A stretch of 64,000 bases of DNA from a virus (taxonomy: Duplodnaviria > Caudoviricetes): positions 99,721 to 163,720 of IMG/VR virus record IMGVR_UViG_3300028797_000100; one strand, written 5' to 3'. Under the pieces are notes generated by a model. That model was not told the DNA's origin. It did not search any database and saw only the letters and a program-made list of their open reading frames with translations. Below are positions 9,639-18,929 of the stretch, in pieces; the first letter of the stretch is position 1; every line of letters starts with the position of its first letter. The position numbers were made by a program, and so were the translations under genes.

Positions 9639-10668
9639 ATAGTCCTATGTTCTCCCAGTTTAACTCGTCATCAGCCTTCTCGTCAGTAACAACGATTTTG
9701 GAGGTTCCTTTTGCAAGATTATTAAGTAAAGTATTCTTACGAAGATCTTCTTTGGTGGGAGTATACTTCTCAACCAGTTCGTCTAATTTGTCACATATTA
9801 AATTCTTATCACATGTTAAAGGATTCTCGCGATATTCTTTCATAACATCGATTATATCAATAACCAGTGTTCTTGGAAAATCTCCTTCGATTATTTCTCT
9901 TACTGAGAACTTAACGAATGCTTCGCGTGACTCCTCGTCAAGAGACTCATCTAGAAGGATTTTCTTAGTACGTTCTACAGCCAGACCCATCATGGTAACA
10001 TCTTCCACTGTTCGAATTTCTTGTTTCTGTGTCAGCAGAATTTCTTGTGACCGTAAGAACTGGAGACGTTTCTCAGCATCATCAATACCGAACAGCTTTG
10101 TTGAAAGATCTTTCAGCCATTCAATATCAATGGCTTTGTTTCCGATCATATTATTGAGCTCAGTCATAGCATTGATTAAAGCACCTTTAGGATCATCAGC
10201 GGCCATGAAATCCTCATCTTGGATATATTGTCGAATGAATGATATGAATGTCAGCTTCAGTTCATTGTGCATCAGGGTTGTGAAAGCCCTACTTCCTAGC
10301 ATACTACCGATACTGTCATAACCAGTGATTTTCATTTTGAACTGACGCAACCATTCGGATGCTTCATTCACCATATCTTGAGGGTTTCCTCCCTTTGGAA
10401 TATACTTGGATATTACGCCGTAATATTCGTCAAAGTATTTTGTTAATGTTGTTTTGAGTTCTGGTTCAACGGTAATTTCGTTGATAACCTTTGTCTTTAT
10501 TGAGTACTTGAAAGCCTCGAAAAAGGCCAATCGATGCATGCTGTCATGTTCAATTCTTAGTAAAGCATCATTTAAGCCGCTAATAAATACTTCATGTATT
10601 TTATCAATGCATGTAAGTATCTGTATATTCTTAATCTGTTCCTCATTCAGTTCATCTTTCATTCCCAT
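9637..10668 (-). CDS. Hypothetical helical protein
   Basis: 343-aa ORF with RBS gaggagg. Confidence 0.75.
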   Translation of the reverse strand: MGMKDELNEEQIKNIQILTCIDKIHEVFISGLNDALLRIEHDSMHRLAFFEAFKYSIKTKVINEITVEPELKTTLTKYFDEYYGVISKYIPKGGNPQDMVNEASEWLRQFKMKITGYDSIGSMLGSRAFTTLMHNELKLTFISFIRQYIQDEDFMAADDPKGALINAMTELNNMIGNKAIDIEWLKDLSTKLFGIDDAEKRLQFLRSQEILLTQKQEIRTVEDVTMMGLAVERTKKILLDESLDEESREAFVKFSVREIIEGDFPRTLVIDIIDVMKEYRENPLTCDKNLICDKLDELVEKYTPTKEDLRKNTLLNNLAKGTSKIVVTDEKADDELNWENIGL

Positions 10669-10669
10669 A

Positions 10670-11149
10670 TTATTCGTCCTCCTCTTCGACAGTATCGTTT
10701 ATCATATCCTCCATGGAATAATCGGCACGAAGAATGTACCAATTAACTCCGCAATTTCCTGACGGATGTACCCATCTTTTGGCATATTTAGCCGATGGTA
10801 AAACCGTCTCATACTCAAGTCCTCGGGTATCGCCATATGGAGGATATCCCCATTCCACACGGACAAGTATGTGTGGGGGTTTGTTAGTTTTTGGCTTGAA
10901 CCATTTCAAGCCATTTTTCTCCCAGAACTTTCCTGGCATGATGTGGAGTTTTCCATCCACTATCATTGGGTTCAGTGGTCTTTCACTAAAGACTAAGTCT
11001 TTGTTCGAGTCATCTATCCAGAACAGTAAGTCCGGATCAGCTCCTCGCATCCTTGGGATAGCCCAATATGGTTCTCCTGTGAATTTACAGATACACGGAT
11101 GTACCTTTCCTTTTTTGATCTCCGGCCATAAATCTTTGATTATATTCAT
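10670..11149 (-). CDS. Hypothetical protein
   Basis: 159-aa ORF with RBS aaggag; promoter motif at 11237-11250. Confidence 0.7.
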   Translation of the reverse strand: MNIIKDLWPEIKKGKVHPCICKFTGEPYWAIPRMRGADPDLLFWIDDSNKDLVFSERPLNPMIVDGKLHIMPGKFWEKNGLKWFKPKTNKPPHILVRVEWGYPPYGDTRGLEYETVLPSAKYAKRWVHPSGNCGVNWYILRADYSMEDMINDTVEEEDE

Positions 11150-11236
11150 AATGGCTCCTTTCCCTGGATTACTCCAGTGTCAATAAGTGAATAGTTTATA
11201 AAAAGGAAGCTATCGTTTTATTCTTCCTCTCTAAAT

Positions 11237-11250
11237 AATAATATATATTT
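11237..11250 (-). promoter_or_regulatory. Phage promoter motif AAATATATATTATT
   Basis: Exact copy of the recurring motif. Confidence 0.65.
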
Positions 11251-11319
11251 AGAAAACCAATATAATTTCGGGCCAGCATAGAAAATTTGGGGGCTTTTCG
11301 CCCCCAAAAATATCCATGC

Positions 11320-12042
11320 TTAATCTATGAAAGGATCATCAATGATAGTGGATTGCATAACTTCTTGGAAGAAGGGATTGAGATGCCCAGGATTGAATAT
11401 ATAATATCCCTCTTCGAAATGAGACTTATCTTCTTTAATTGTCTTTGAATAAGACTTCTGTGCACCGATGACTTTGTTTAACTCAACAGGTTTAACTCTA
11501 CCATCAAGCGCAGCAACATCAACTTGATTCGTATAAGGAATCCAGTATGTCTTATAGCCATGTATATGACCATGAACGTTAATATCATTATCGTTCTTAA
11601 CTGGCATATGTGAGAATAATACATTATGCCAAACAAATGATTGTACAACATCTGTGAAACCACATGACTTGTAGAATGTTGCAGTGAATAAATCATTGTT
11701 TCCTCGAACAAGAATCTTCGTACCAGGTATTGTTTTAAGAATACTCTTGAGTTCATCTTTATCCTGGAACTCACCGTCAACTAAGTCTCCAAGATATATG
11801 AGTATATCATCCTTAGTCATACTCTCATTTACGTTCTTGATTATCTCTTCAAAGTTCTTACACTTATGACATTCTGGTTTACCTTTCTCTTTACGGACCC
11901 ACAAATGCCAATCCGTTGCACAGTAAACTTTATGCCATCTTCTAAGACATTGATCTATCATTTTTGATAATCTACCAGAATCTTTTTCTTCAGGTTCTTT
12001 TAAATCATCAACAAGTTTTTCTTCTTTTTCACGATTGTCCAT
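11320..12042 (-). CDS. Calcineurin-like metallophosphoesterase
   Basis: Motifs TDWH, LGDL, RGNND, FSHMP, VHGHIH. Confidence 0.85.
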   Translation of the reverse strand: MDNREKEEKLVDDLKEPEEKDSGRLSKMIDQCLRRWHKVYCATDWHLWVRKEKGKPECHKCKNFEEIIKNVNESMTKDDILIYLGDLVDGEFQDKDELKSILKTIPGTKILVRGNNDLFTATFYKSCGFTDVVQSFVWHNVLFSHMPVKNDNDINVHGHIHGYKTYWIPYTNQVDVAALDGRVKPVELNKVIGAQKSYSKTIKEDKSHFEEGYYIFNPGHLNPFFQEVMQSTIIDDPFID

Positions 12043-12107
12043 TGTATCATCTCCTGTGAAAGTATTTTAATCAAGTGTGAAATAGAAAAGAAAAAGAATG
12101 GTGGATG

Positions 12108-13697
12108 TCAATTGACATCCACCATATTATTTTTTGTGAGTTTTATGTTAGCACCACTCTGGTAGAACTTGTGGTTCTCAACTAATATGTGATTATCACA
12201 GAGCTTTTCTATTCCCTCATTATGACTAATGAAGATAACAGTCATATCTTCTGTGATAACTTCATTGAATAATTCTATAGCTGCGTATTTTGTTTTGTCA
12301 TCTAAATTAGATGTTACTTCGTCTAATATAAATAACTTACGAGGATTATTCTTCATCTCAATAACAGCTCGGATTATATTAATCCTTTGCTTCTGTCCTG
12401 ATGAAAGTTTGCATCCTCTTTCACCAATTTGTGTATCGAAACCATCCTCAAGATCTGTAAACCAATCATAGAGGTTGAGTTTCTTAAAGTATTCCTTAAT
12501 CTCATCTTCTGACACATCATAAGGATTATCAAATATGATATTCCTGATCAATGTGTCATCCAGAGACTCTGTCTCTTGCCATACATAGAAAACATCGAGT
12601 CTTGGTACGAAACCTGATTTAGGTTCAATACCTCCAGCTAGAAGATTAGCCAATGAGGATTTACCCTCACCACTTTCTCCTGTGATAAGAGTTTTAGAAC
12701 CTTTCTTAAACCTAAGATGAGATATCTCAAACTTGACAGATTCCTCACCATAATCAAAGTTGATGTCATCTAAAACAATATCATCTTTAACTAAACCTCT
12801 AGGTTCTGTATCATCACCCTTGAGATCCTTGATAATCTTTTCTGATGAATCGATCTCAAGTTTATACTCAAAGATTCCCAGAATGTTGTTTCTGAAATTA
12901 ACAAGTGCGAAATCTGATACAACAATAAGAGCCATCATTTCTAACGATTGTCTACACAACCATACATTGATGATTAATGGCGCCATGTAGATTATATCTA
13001 CAATTCTAAAGACACCTATTCTTGCTGGATTGATACTAGTATACCACGCATCGTTTTGTGCGGCAACAAGTCTTTTTCTGGCGAATGTTTTCTGACCCAA
13101 GTATTTCAATGTTCTAATATTTATAAAGTTATCAGAACATTTACCGTGAAGATCTTCCTTCTTTGCTTTCGCAATTTCTGAGAACTTCACCACTCGCTCT
13201 GCTATTAAAGCAAAAGCAATACCTAACGGTATTGATACCGTTGATATAATTGCTGCAGCTACACTGTAATTCCATTCTTTATAGATTAATACCATTGCCG
13301 GTGCTACGCTATTCAGAAGTGTAACCATATACAGTTTCTGATCAGCTTTCATCGAAGCCAGATCTTTTGCTACATCAAATATCTTACCCGATGCAACATT
13401 GTTAATGTTTGCCATTTTTGAATCCAATACTCTGTCGAGGATTCTCAAATGCTCGGTATTGATCATTCTGGATTTTGCCGTACCACCGATGAAACGATCG
13501 ATTGCTGTCATAATCAAGACTAACGAATATCCAACGATTATCATCATGAATATTCTAGTATCGAATCCCTGTGTAATTCTGGCCTCTTGCACATTAAGCA
13601 TAGAGGTCACAATGCCGTGTGTAAACTGACTTACGATTATTATCGCAAACATTCCAGCCAGCGGGATTCTTCCCAACCATTCTACAAACTTTTTCAT
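12108..13697 (-). CDS. ABC exporter, fused transmembrane and ATP-binding domains
   Basis: Several N-terminal hydrophobic helices, Walker A GESGEGKS, signature IGERGCKLSSGQKQR, Walker B ILDEVTSNLD, H-loop ISH. Start placed at ATG 13697, after RBS aggag. Confidence 0.9.
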   Translation of the reverse strand: MKKFVEWLGRIPLAGMFAIIIVSQFTHGIVTSMLNVQEARITQGFDTRIFMMIIVGYSLVLIMTAIDRFIGGTAKSRMINTEHLRILDRVLDSKMANINNVASGKIFDVAKDLASMKADQKLYMVTLLNSVAPAMVLIYKEWNYSVAAAIISTVSIPLGIAFALIAERVVKFSEIAKAKKEDLHGKCSDNFINIRTLKYLGQKTFARKRLVAAQNDAWYTSINPARIGVFRIVDIIYMAPLIINVWLCRQSLEMMALIVVSDFALVNFRNNILGIFEYKLEIDSSEKIIKDLKGDDTEPRGLVKDDIVLDDINFDYGEESVKFEISHLRFKKGSKTLITGESGEGKSSLANLLAGGIEPKSGFVPRLDVFYVWQETESLDDTLIRNIIFDNPYDVSEDEIKEYFKKLNLYDWFTDLEDGFDTQIGERGCKLSSGQKQRINIIRAVIEMKNNPRKLFILDEVTSNLDDKTKYAAIELFNEVITEDMTVIFISHNEGIEKLCDNHILVENHKFYQSGANIKLTKNNMVDVN

Positions 13698-13769
13698 TCT
13701 TTTACTCCTTTTCTCCAACATACGTTGGTGTCAAAATTTAGAAGACCTTCTCTTTTTAGTCTTCATATT

Positions 13770-13783
13770 AATAATATATATTT
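13770..13783 (-). promoter_or_regulatory. Phage promoter motif upstream of ABC exporter
   Basis: Exact AAATATATATTATT. Confidence 0.65.
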
Positions 13784-13916
13784 GAGTCCAAAAAATAACA
13801 TATGGTAAGAATGGGACACGTGGACATGTCAATGCCTGGTCAGCATTGTTGTGTTCTATTCTTGTAGCGTGTGATGTAGGTAGGAGGGGCGAAATGCCCC
13901 TCCAAACCCTCCCATC

Positions 13917-15791
13917 TTATTTCAACGCTTCAAATGCTTCTTCAACTGTGTAGATTGGTATATTTGCTCGACGAGCTTTTGATACCTTACTTGAGACATA
14001 TCCCTTGTTCGGTATAACCAATGCAATTGTCTTTGATGAGAAGTCTGATACTTCATATCCTCTAGCTGTTAGAACACTAATCAGATTCTTATCACGTGTA
14101 CCAGTGAGTGTAACTCTTCCCTTGGTTGGAATGTTTTCTGGTTTAGACAATACATAGAATGATATGAACTGTATAGCATCCCTGATTTCATCCCAATATA
14201 ATGTCAATCCTTCTTTAATCATTGCATATGTATTAACAGAGAATCCATATACATAATCGGGGATACATTCCATCATGAATGAATCGACAGTACCATTCTC
14301 GATATGATACTTATACTTATTTACAGCCATCATCTCATCGCCATGGAACTTTGCATTGATTACAAGCCTCCATGTCTTTGCAGATACATCCTTGATTGGC
14401 ATTGCACCCATCCATTTATCCAAAGGAACATCTTTTGTTGATGATTGGATTGTGTTATATATGTTAACAGCACTCTTTTCCTTATAACCATCAAGAGTCA
14501 TTATCCTATCAGGAGTCAATCTATAAAGATCTCCTATACACTGAATCAAATTGGCTTCAAACAATTTCGTTATCGTGTTCTTTGCTATACCCATCATCTT
14601 CATCTTCTCACAATAACGATGAATCATTCCAACTTTCAATCCAGAACACTGTGGGTTAGTACATCTAACAGTCTTCAATGTCTTGAAGTTGAGATCTGCA
14701 CCACATATAGGACACTTGGTTGGAATGGGTATAAGTTGGAAACCATCATGATATGTATCAATGAGATATGGCACGATGTTATATACTATTCTAACAGTAT
14801 CATTGAATCTGAGTTCCATCGATTTAACACGAGATAGATTTGCCAAACCAACATGATCAACTGTCACATTATCAAACATAACCGGTTCCAGTATACCAAC
14901 TGGAGTTATCTTTCCGGTCTTTCCATACTGATAGTCAATTCTGATTAATTTAGTTTCCTTGATATTGTTAAGGATCTTGATTGCTACCTCATTGGTTATT
15001 GATGTATCATACATGTTAACCAATGACACGACCACTCCATCAATAGCATAGGTTGCATCATTAAGTTTAATGGTTGCTCCATCTTCAAGTATGTTGTTTA
15101 CAAACTCATTTATCGCTTCATTATTACCTGCATCTGTTATGATTGATAATTCTGAAGTTGTATAAGATACAAACAATTTCGAATCATGATAATCTCTCAA
15201 TGGTACAAGAGTGATATACTTTGCCATATCAATATTCTGTGATGTAAGTGTTGCAGATACAACATCACGAGGACGTTTATACCTTTGATTGAAACCCATT
15301 TCTTTATATACTTCATTCGCCATAATGGCTTCACACTTTACAGTCTGAACTTGATCCGGATGATATATTCCTGGATGTGAATCAGTCTCACCAAAATATC
15401 CCCTGAAAAGTGCAGTTACATTCATCGACTCTCCATTGTCATAATCACCGCGTGTGAAATACTGATTCGTCAATACATCATATGCTACAGAGCATCCATC
15501 AAACTTAGGCTGTACAACTATTTTTCCAGCCAAAGGAATCTGCTTTGCTTTTAACCAATCATCATATGACTTCTGGTTCTCTCGTGGAGACAGATATACT
15601 TTTGGAAGAGTACCAACAACATCGTTGACATTCGATGATTGCTGCTGTCTAAGATACGGTCTATTGGATTCACCATGTTCTGCAAGATATTCTTCCAATA
15701 GTTTATCATATTCTTCATCAGATATAAGAGGATTACCTCTGTTATATGCTTCAAGATATCTGTCCAGTTCTTCTTTTGTTATCATCTTCAA
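13917..15791 (-). CDS. ligA: NAD-dependent DNA ligase
   Basis: Motifs YNRGNPLISDEEYD, KFDG, TRGD, IDGVV, GKTGKITPV, CPIC..C, HhH repeats and a BRCT-like end. Confidence 0.92.
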   Translation of the reverse strand: MKMITKEELDRYLEAYNRGNPLISDEEYDKLLEEYLAEHGESNRPYLRQQQSSNVNDVVGTLPKVYLSPRENQKSYDDWLKAKQIPLAGKIVVQPKFDGCSVAYDVLTNQYFTRGDYDNGESMNVTALFRGYFGETDSHPGIYHPDQVQTVKCEAIMANEVYKEMGFNQRYKRPRDVVSATLTSQNIDMAKYITLVPLRDYHDSKLFVSYTTSELSIITDAGNNEAINEFVNNILEDGATIKLNDATYAIDGVVVSLVNMYDTSITNEVAIKILNNIKETKLIRIDYQYGKTGKITPVGILEPVMFDNVTVDHVGLANLSRVKSMELRFNDTVRIVYNIVPYLIDTYHDGFQLIPIPTKCPICGADLNFKTLKTVRCTNPQCSGLKVGMIHRYCEKMKMMGIAKNTITKLFEANLIQCIGDLYRLTPDRIMTLDGYKEKSAVNIYNTIQSSTKDVPLDKWMGAMPIKDVSAKTWRLVINAKFHGDEMMAVNKYKYHIENGTVDSFMMECIPDYVYGFSVNTYAMIKEGLTLYWDEIRDAIQFISFYVLSKPENIPTKGRVTLTGTRDKNLISVLTARGYEVSDFSSKTIALVIPNKGYVSSKVSKARRANIPIYTVEEAFEALK

Positions 15792-15849
15792 TTACCTCCT
15801 TACAAAAATAATATACTATAGGGTCCCCGAAGGGACCCGATAATATATT

Positions 15850-16092
15850 TTAATATTGCTTCCAAGGTCCTGATGATTGAGGACCATTCTGAAACCAGGG
15901 TACTTCATTATTACCCATATCATTAGGCCAATCAACAGGAAAGTTTTCACCAGTTCCACAACGTATCTCACCACGTGCAACACATTCCAGAATGGTTTCC
16001 ATGTCAGCTGCTGCATACTTGGCACCTGGAGTAGTGTTTAAAGGTAAACCATCATCTCCAACCATCGTATCAGTATAAATTATTTGTGGCAT
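15850..16092 (-). CDS. Small hypothetical protein
   Basis: ORF lies between a promoter-like motif (16127-16138) and a terminator (15821-15838). Start may be 16092 or 16110. Confidence 0.6.
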   Translation of the reverse strand: MPQIIYTDTMVGDDGLPLNTTPGAKYAAADMETILECVARGEIRCGTGENFPVDWPNDMGNNEVPWFQNGPQSSGPWKQY

Positions 16093-16146
16093 AATCGTCA
16101 CACCTTTCATATTATTTATTCATTAAAATAATATGTGTGTGAAATA

Positions 16147-18924
16147 TCACTTTTTAGTCTTAGCGTATTGCTTGTTAGCACGATTATTACCAAGAGCACC
16201 GGATGTTCTACGATCCTCTGCACCTTCAGGAAGCTTGTTACCAGCATCACGAGAAGCTGTAACATCCTTTACACCTTCCTTATCAAGAGAAAGCATCTCT
16301 GTCAAGTCAGATGTGGCTGCCTTAGTGATTGACATATATGTCTTAACGATTGTCTCCATGTATCCAACATACTTGTTGTATGCATTTCTATCCTTATAAT
16401 AGATACTATTCATATTACCCTGGAGACCCTGCATTACTTCAAGGATCTGATCAGTAACCTGAGAATACTTGCCAGTGATCATTGCAAAACACATGAGCTT
16501 GTTGTAAACGTTGTTTGATTCGTATATAGCTCTATTAGCTTCTTCGTTCCAAACCTTAACGTTTATCTTCTTATCAGAATAACCAAAGAATTCGTTGATG
16601 AGAGCATCCTTGTTCTTATCAGTTACAATAACCTTGGTCTTTGTCATGTTAAGACTCCTGATCTTAGCCATACCATCTTCAATGCTACCATACTTGATAG
16701 GATTCTTGATAGTACCATGGTAACCTTGTTCTGTAACTGTAACACCACACTTCTTACCGATATCAACTGACAGTCTATAGAGGAGGTCTACATACTGCAC
16801 AGGAATAACCATGTTAAATGCAGCATCAGTATCATTGTAGAAGTAGAAGTATTTTCCTGATTTGAACAAACCGGTTATACCATTCTTCTTGATCCACTCC
16901 ATTCTAGCATGACGATTGATACGATTTCTTTCACTGCTTTCTCTGATGTTAGCTGTGAGAGTAGAAAGTGCTTTAAGAGCTGCCTTGAATCCTTTAAGTA
17001 GTAATGCAAATGGATTAGGTGTACCCTTGAGTTCCTGAGGAGCTCTAGCTGTGTTGACAACCTCTTCCTGGAAGTAAGCTTCGAGTATAATTCCATACTG
17101 TTTAGCAGTATTATCAGCACGGTGATAGTATGCATACATAGATGCTTCCAGAATAATCTCTGCCTGATGAAGCATTGTAAGAGAGTTGTTTGCAGCATAT
17201 TCGAGTATCTCGAAATCCATTTCATCAACAGAATCAGATGATGTTTCCATCGATCTCTTGTCAATGGCTGTCTGCATTGCAGTATGATCATCCATACCGA
17301 GCTGGAGAAGTTCCTCATATTCCTTCTTGACTTCAGGATCACGAGGCTCATACTTTTCACCGGTGAATTGAGACTTCTGGAACATAAGCTGTTCCATGTG
17401 GAATCTTTCTTCTCTACCGATATCAGAATACAGACGACGTGCATTTGAATCATGTGAATCCTTGGAGGCATCGAAGTAATCATTAATAGCTTCAGCTTCT
17501 GCAGCTATGAGCTTATTGAGTATTTCGATTTCCTTAGGATCATAGTCGTTCTGTACATCAGAAGTATCTGTACCGAAGTCCTTGAGGTCATCTCCTTCAG
17601 GAGTTGTTGATCCTTCAAGAGCATCATCAGAAGATGGAGCATCAAGGTCAAGAGAGAAATCAAAATCACCAGATGTGGCAATGCTACCGGTATCAGCTGT
17701 TTCGTTCTCAGCTTCTATGGCCTCACCAACTGTCTGCTCGTCGGAAACCTCACCATCTTCTTGAACAAATGCCTCATTGACGTTCTTTTCACGCCTCTCC
17801 ATGAGTTTCTTTTTCATTTCTTCAAGTTTAGCCATGCTGTCATCCCTCATTGCCTTTGTTTGAGAATCCAGCAACTCATCGAAATATTTCTTCGCATGTA
17901 GTGATAAAGCTATCTCGGGGCGATCCTTTATCTGATTCCAGACACGCTCACGATTTTCCTTAAGCTCAGCTTCTGTTGGGTTAACCCATGAACCACATAA
18001 CTCTTTGAACTGTTTGTCGATACTATCAGCTATAGCCTGACGTACCTCAGGTCTCTGTATCATTTTAGCAGCTTCAGATTTCATATCAAAAGCTTCCTGA
18101 ACATAAGATTCCTGACCAAGCTCATGTTTAAGTTTACTATAGAACTCATTTACTTCATCCGGTGATAATTTATCATCAACTTCTGTATCATCCGCTGTAA
18201 CCTCTTCGTTACCGTCTCCAACCTCCTCTGTGTTGTCCTCGGTAGGTTCAGCATCAAGATCAAGATCCCCAGCATCATCAGCTGTTGGCTCTTCTTCAGT
18301 AGCAGGTTCCTCTGGTGCAGGTTCTTCCGTAGGTGTTGCATCTTTTTCGATGACCTGGTGTTTGGACCAATATTCATAACTGGCCATGAGATCCTCTACA
18401 TTTCTAGCGTACATACATAAGTCGACTACCGGGCCTGTTTGTAATGTGCCATATTGGTATTTTTTCTGGAATTCATAAAGAACGATATAATCGTTCATTT
18501 CCCCATTCTCATCACAATCAGCTGTTGCAACAGGAATTACTTTTACAATGAATCCATCAGGTGACTTGATATCCTTTATGTTATCATTCACTTTCTTGTA
18601 TTCAGCCGGTATTTCATCAAGACTAAAAAATCTACCGATCTTTGTCATACCAACTTCGTCACCAACTGAAAGACCTTTGAATTTTTCAGCTTCACCAGAT
18701 TCTATGAATTCTTTATGGAATTCCGGTATCTCTGGCATAGCATCAGCAGATGAACCAGCATTATCTGTTGAAGGTTCTTCTACTGCGGGTTCTTCAACCT
18801 CGACGTTTTCATCTGCTTCTTGAACGACTTCATCGTCATCATAGAACATCAATGGATCTCTTACTGAACCTTCCTGAACGATAGGTTCGTCAAGATCCAT
18901 ATCGAAAAATTTGTTATCATTCAT
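16147..18924 (-). CDS. Putative virion internal-head protein with half-ferritin-like domain
   Basis: Acidic, with many xxQE motifs (IVQE, VVQE, YVQE, FVQE, YFQE). The segment LIAAEAEAINDY...IGREERFH is ferritin-like. Confidence 0.6.
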   Translation of the reverse strand: MNDNKFFDMDLDEPIVQEGSVRDPLMFYDDDEVVQEADENVEVEEPAVEEPSTDNAGSSADAMPEIPEFHKEFIESGEAEKFKGLSVGDEVGMTKIGRFFSLDEIPAEYKKVNDNIKDIKSPDGFIVKVIPVATADCDENGEMNDYIVLYEFQKKYQYGTLQTGPVVDLCMYARNVEDLMASYEYWSKHQVIEKDATPTEEPAPEEPATEEEPTADDAGDLDLDAEPTEDNTEEVGDGNEEVTADDTEVDDKLSPDEVNEFYSKLKHELGQESYVQEAFDMKSEAAKMIQRPEVRQAIADSIDKQFKELCGSWVNPTEAELKENRERVWNQIKDRPEIALSLHAKKYFDELLDSQTKAMRDDSMAKLEEMKKKLMERREKNVNEAFVQEDGEVSDEQTVGEAIEAENETADTGSIATSGDFDFSLDLDAPSSDDALEGSTTPEGDDLKDFGTDTSDVQNDYDPKEIEILNKLIAAEAEAINDYFDASKDSHDSNARRLYSDIGREERFHMEQLMFQKSQFTGEKYEPRDPEVKKEYEELLQLGMDDHTAMQTAIDKRSMETSSDSVDEMDFEILEYAANNSLTMLHQAEIILEASMYAYYHRADNTAKQYGIILEAYFQEEVVNTARAPQELKGTPNPFALLLKGFKAALKALSTLTANIRESSERNRINRHARMEWIKKNGITGLFKSGKYFYFYNDTDAAFNMVIPVQYVDLLYRLSVDIGKKCGVTVTEQGYHGTIKNPIKYGSIEDGMAKIRSLNMTKTKVIVTDKNKDALINEFFGYSDKKINVKVWNEEANRAIYESNNVYNKLMCFAMITGKYSQVTDQILEVMQGLQGNMNSIYYKDRNAYNKYVGYMETIVKTYMSITKAATSDLTEMLSLDKEGVKDVTASRDAGNKLPEGAEDRRTSGALGNNRANKQYAKTKK

Positions 18925-18929
18925 CTCAA

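Noticed and set aside
9398-10321. 307-aa + strand ORF
   Set aside because: It is the antisense shadow of 9637-10668, runs through a terminator and has no RBS.
4353-13697. 17-aa peptide and ABC exporter as a single quorum/bacteriocin system
   Set aside because: The genes are 8 kb apart. The peptide has no double-glycine leader, the exporter has no C39 peptidase domain, and no receptor is visible.
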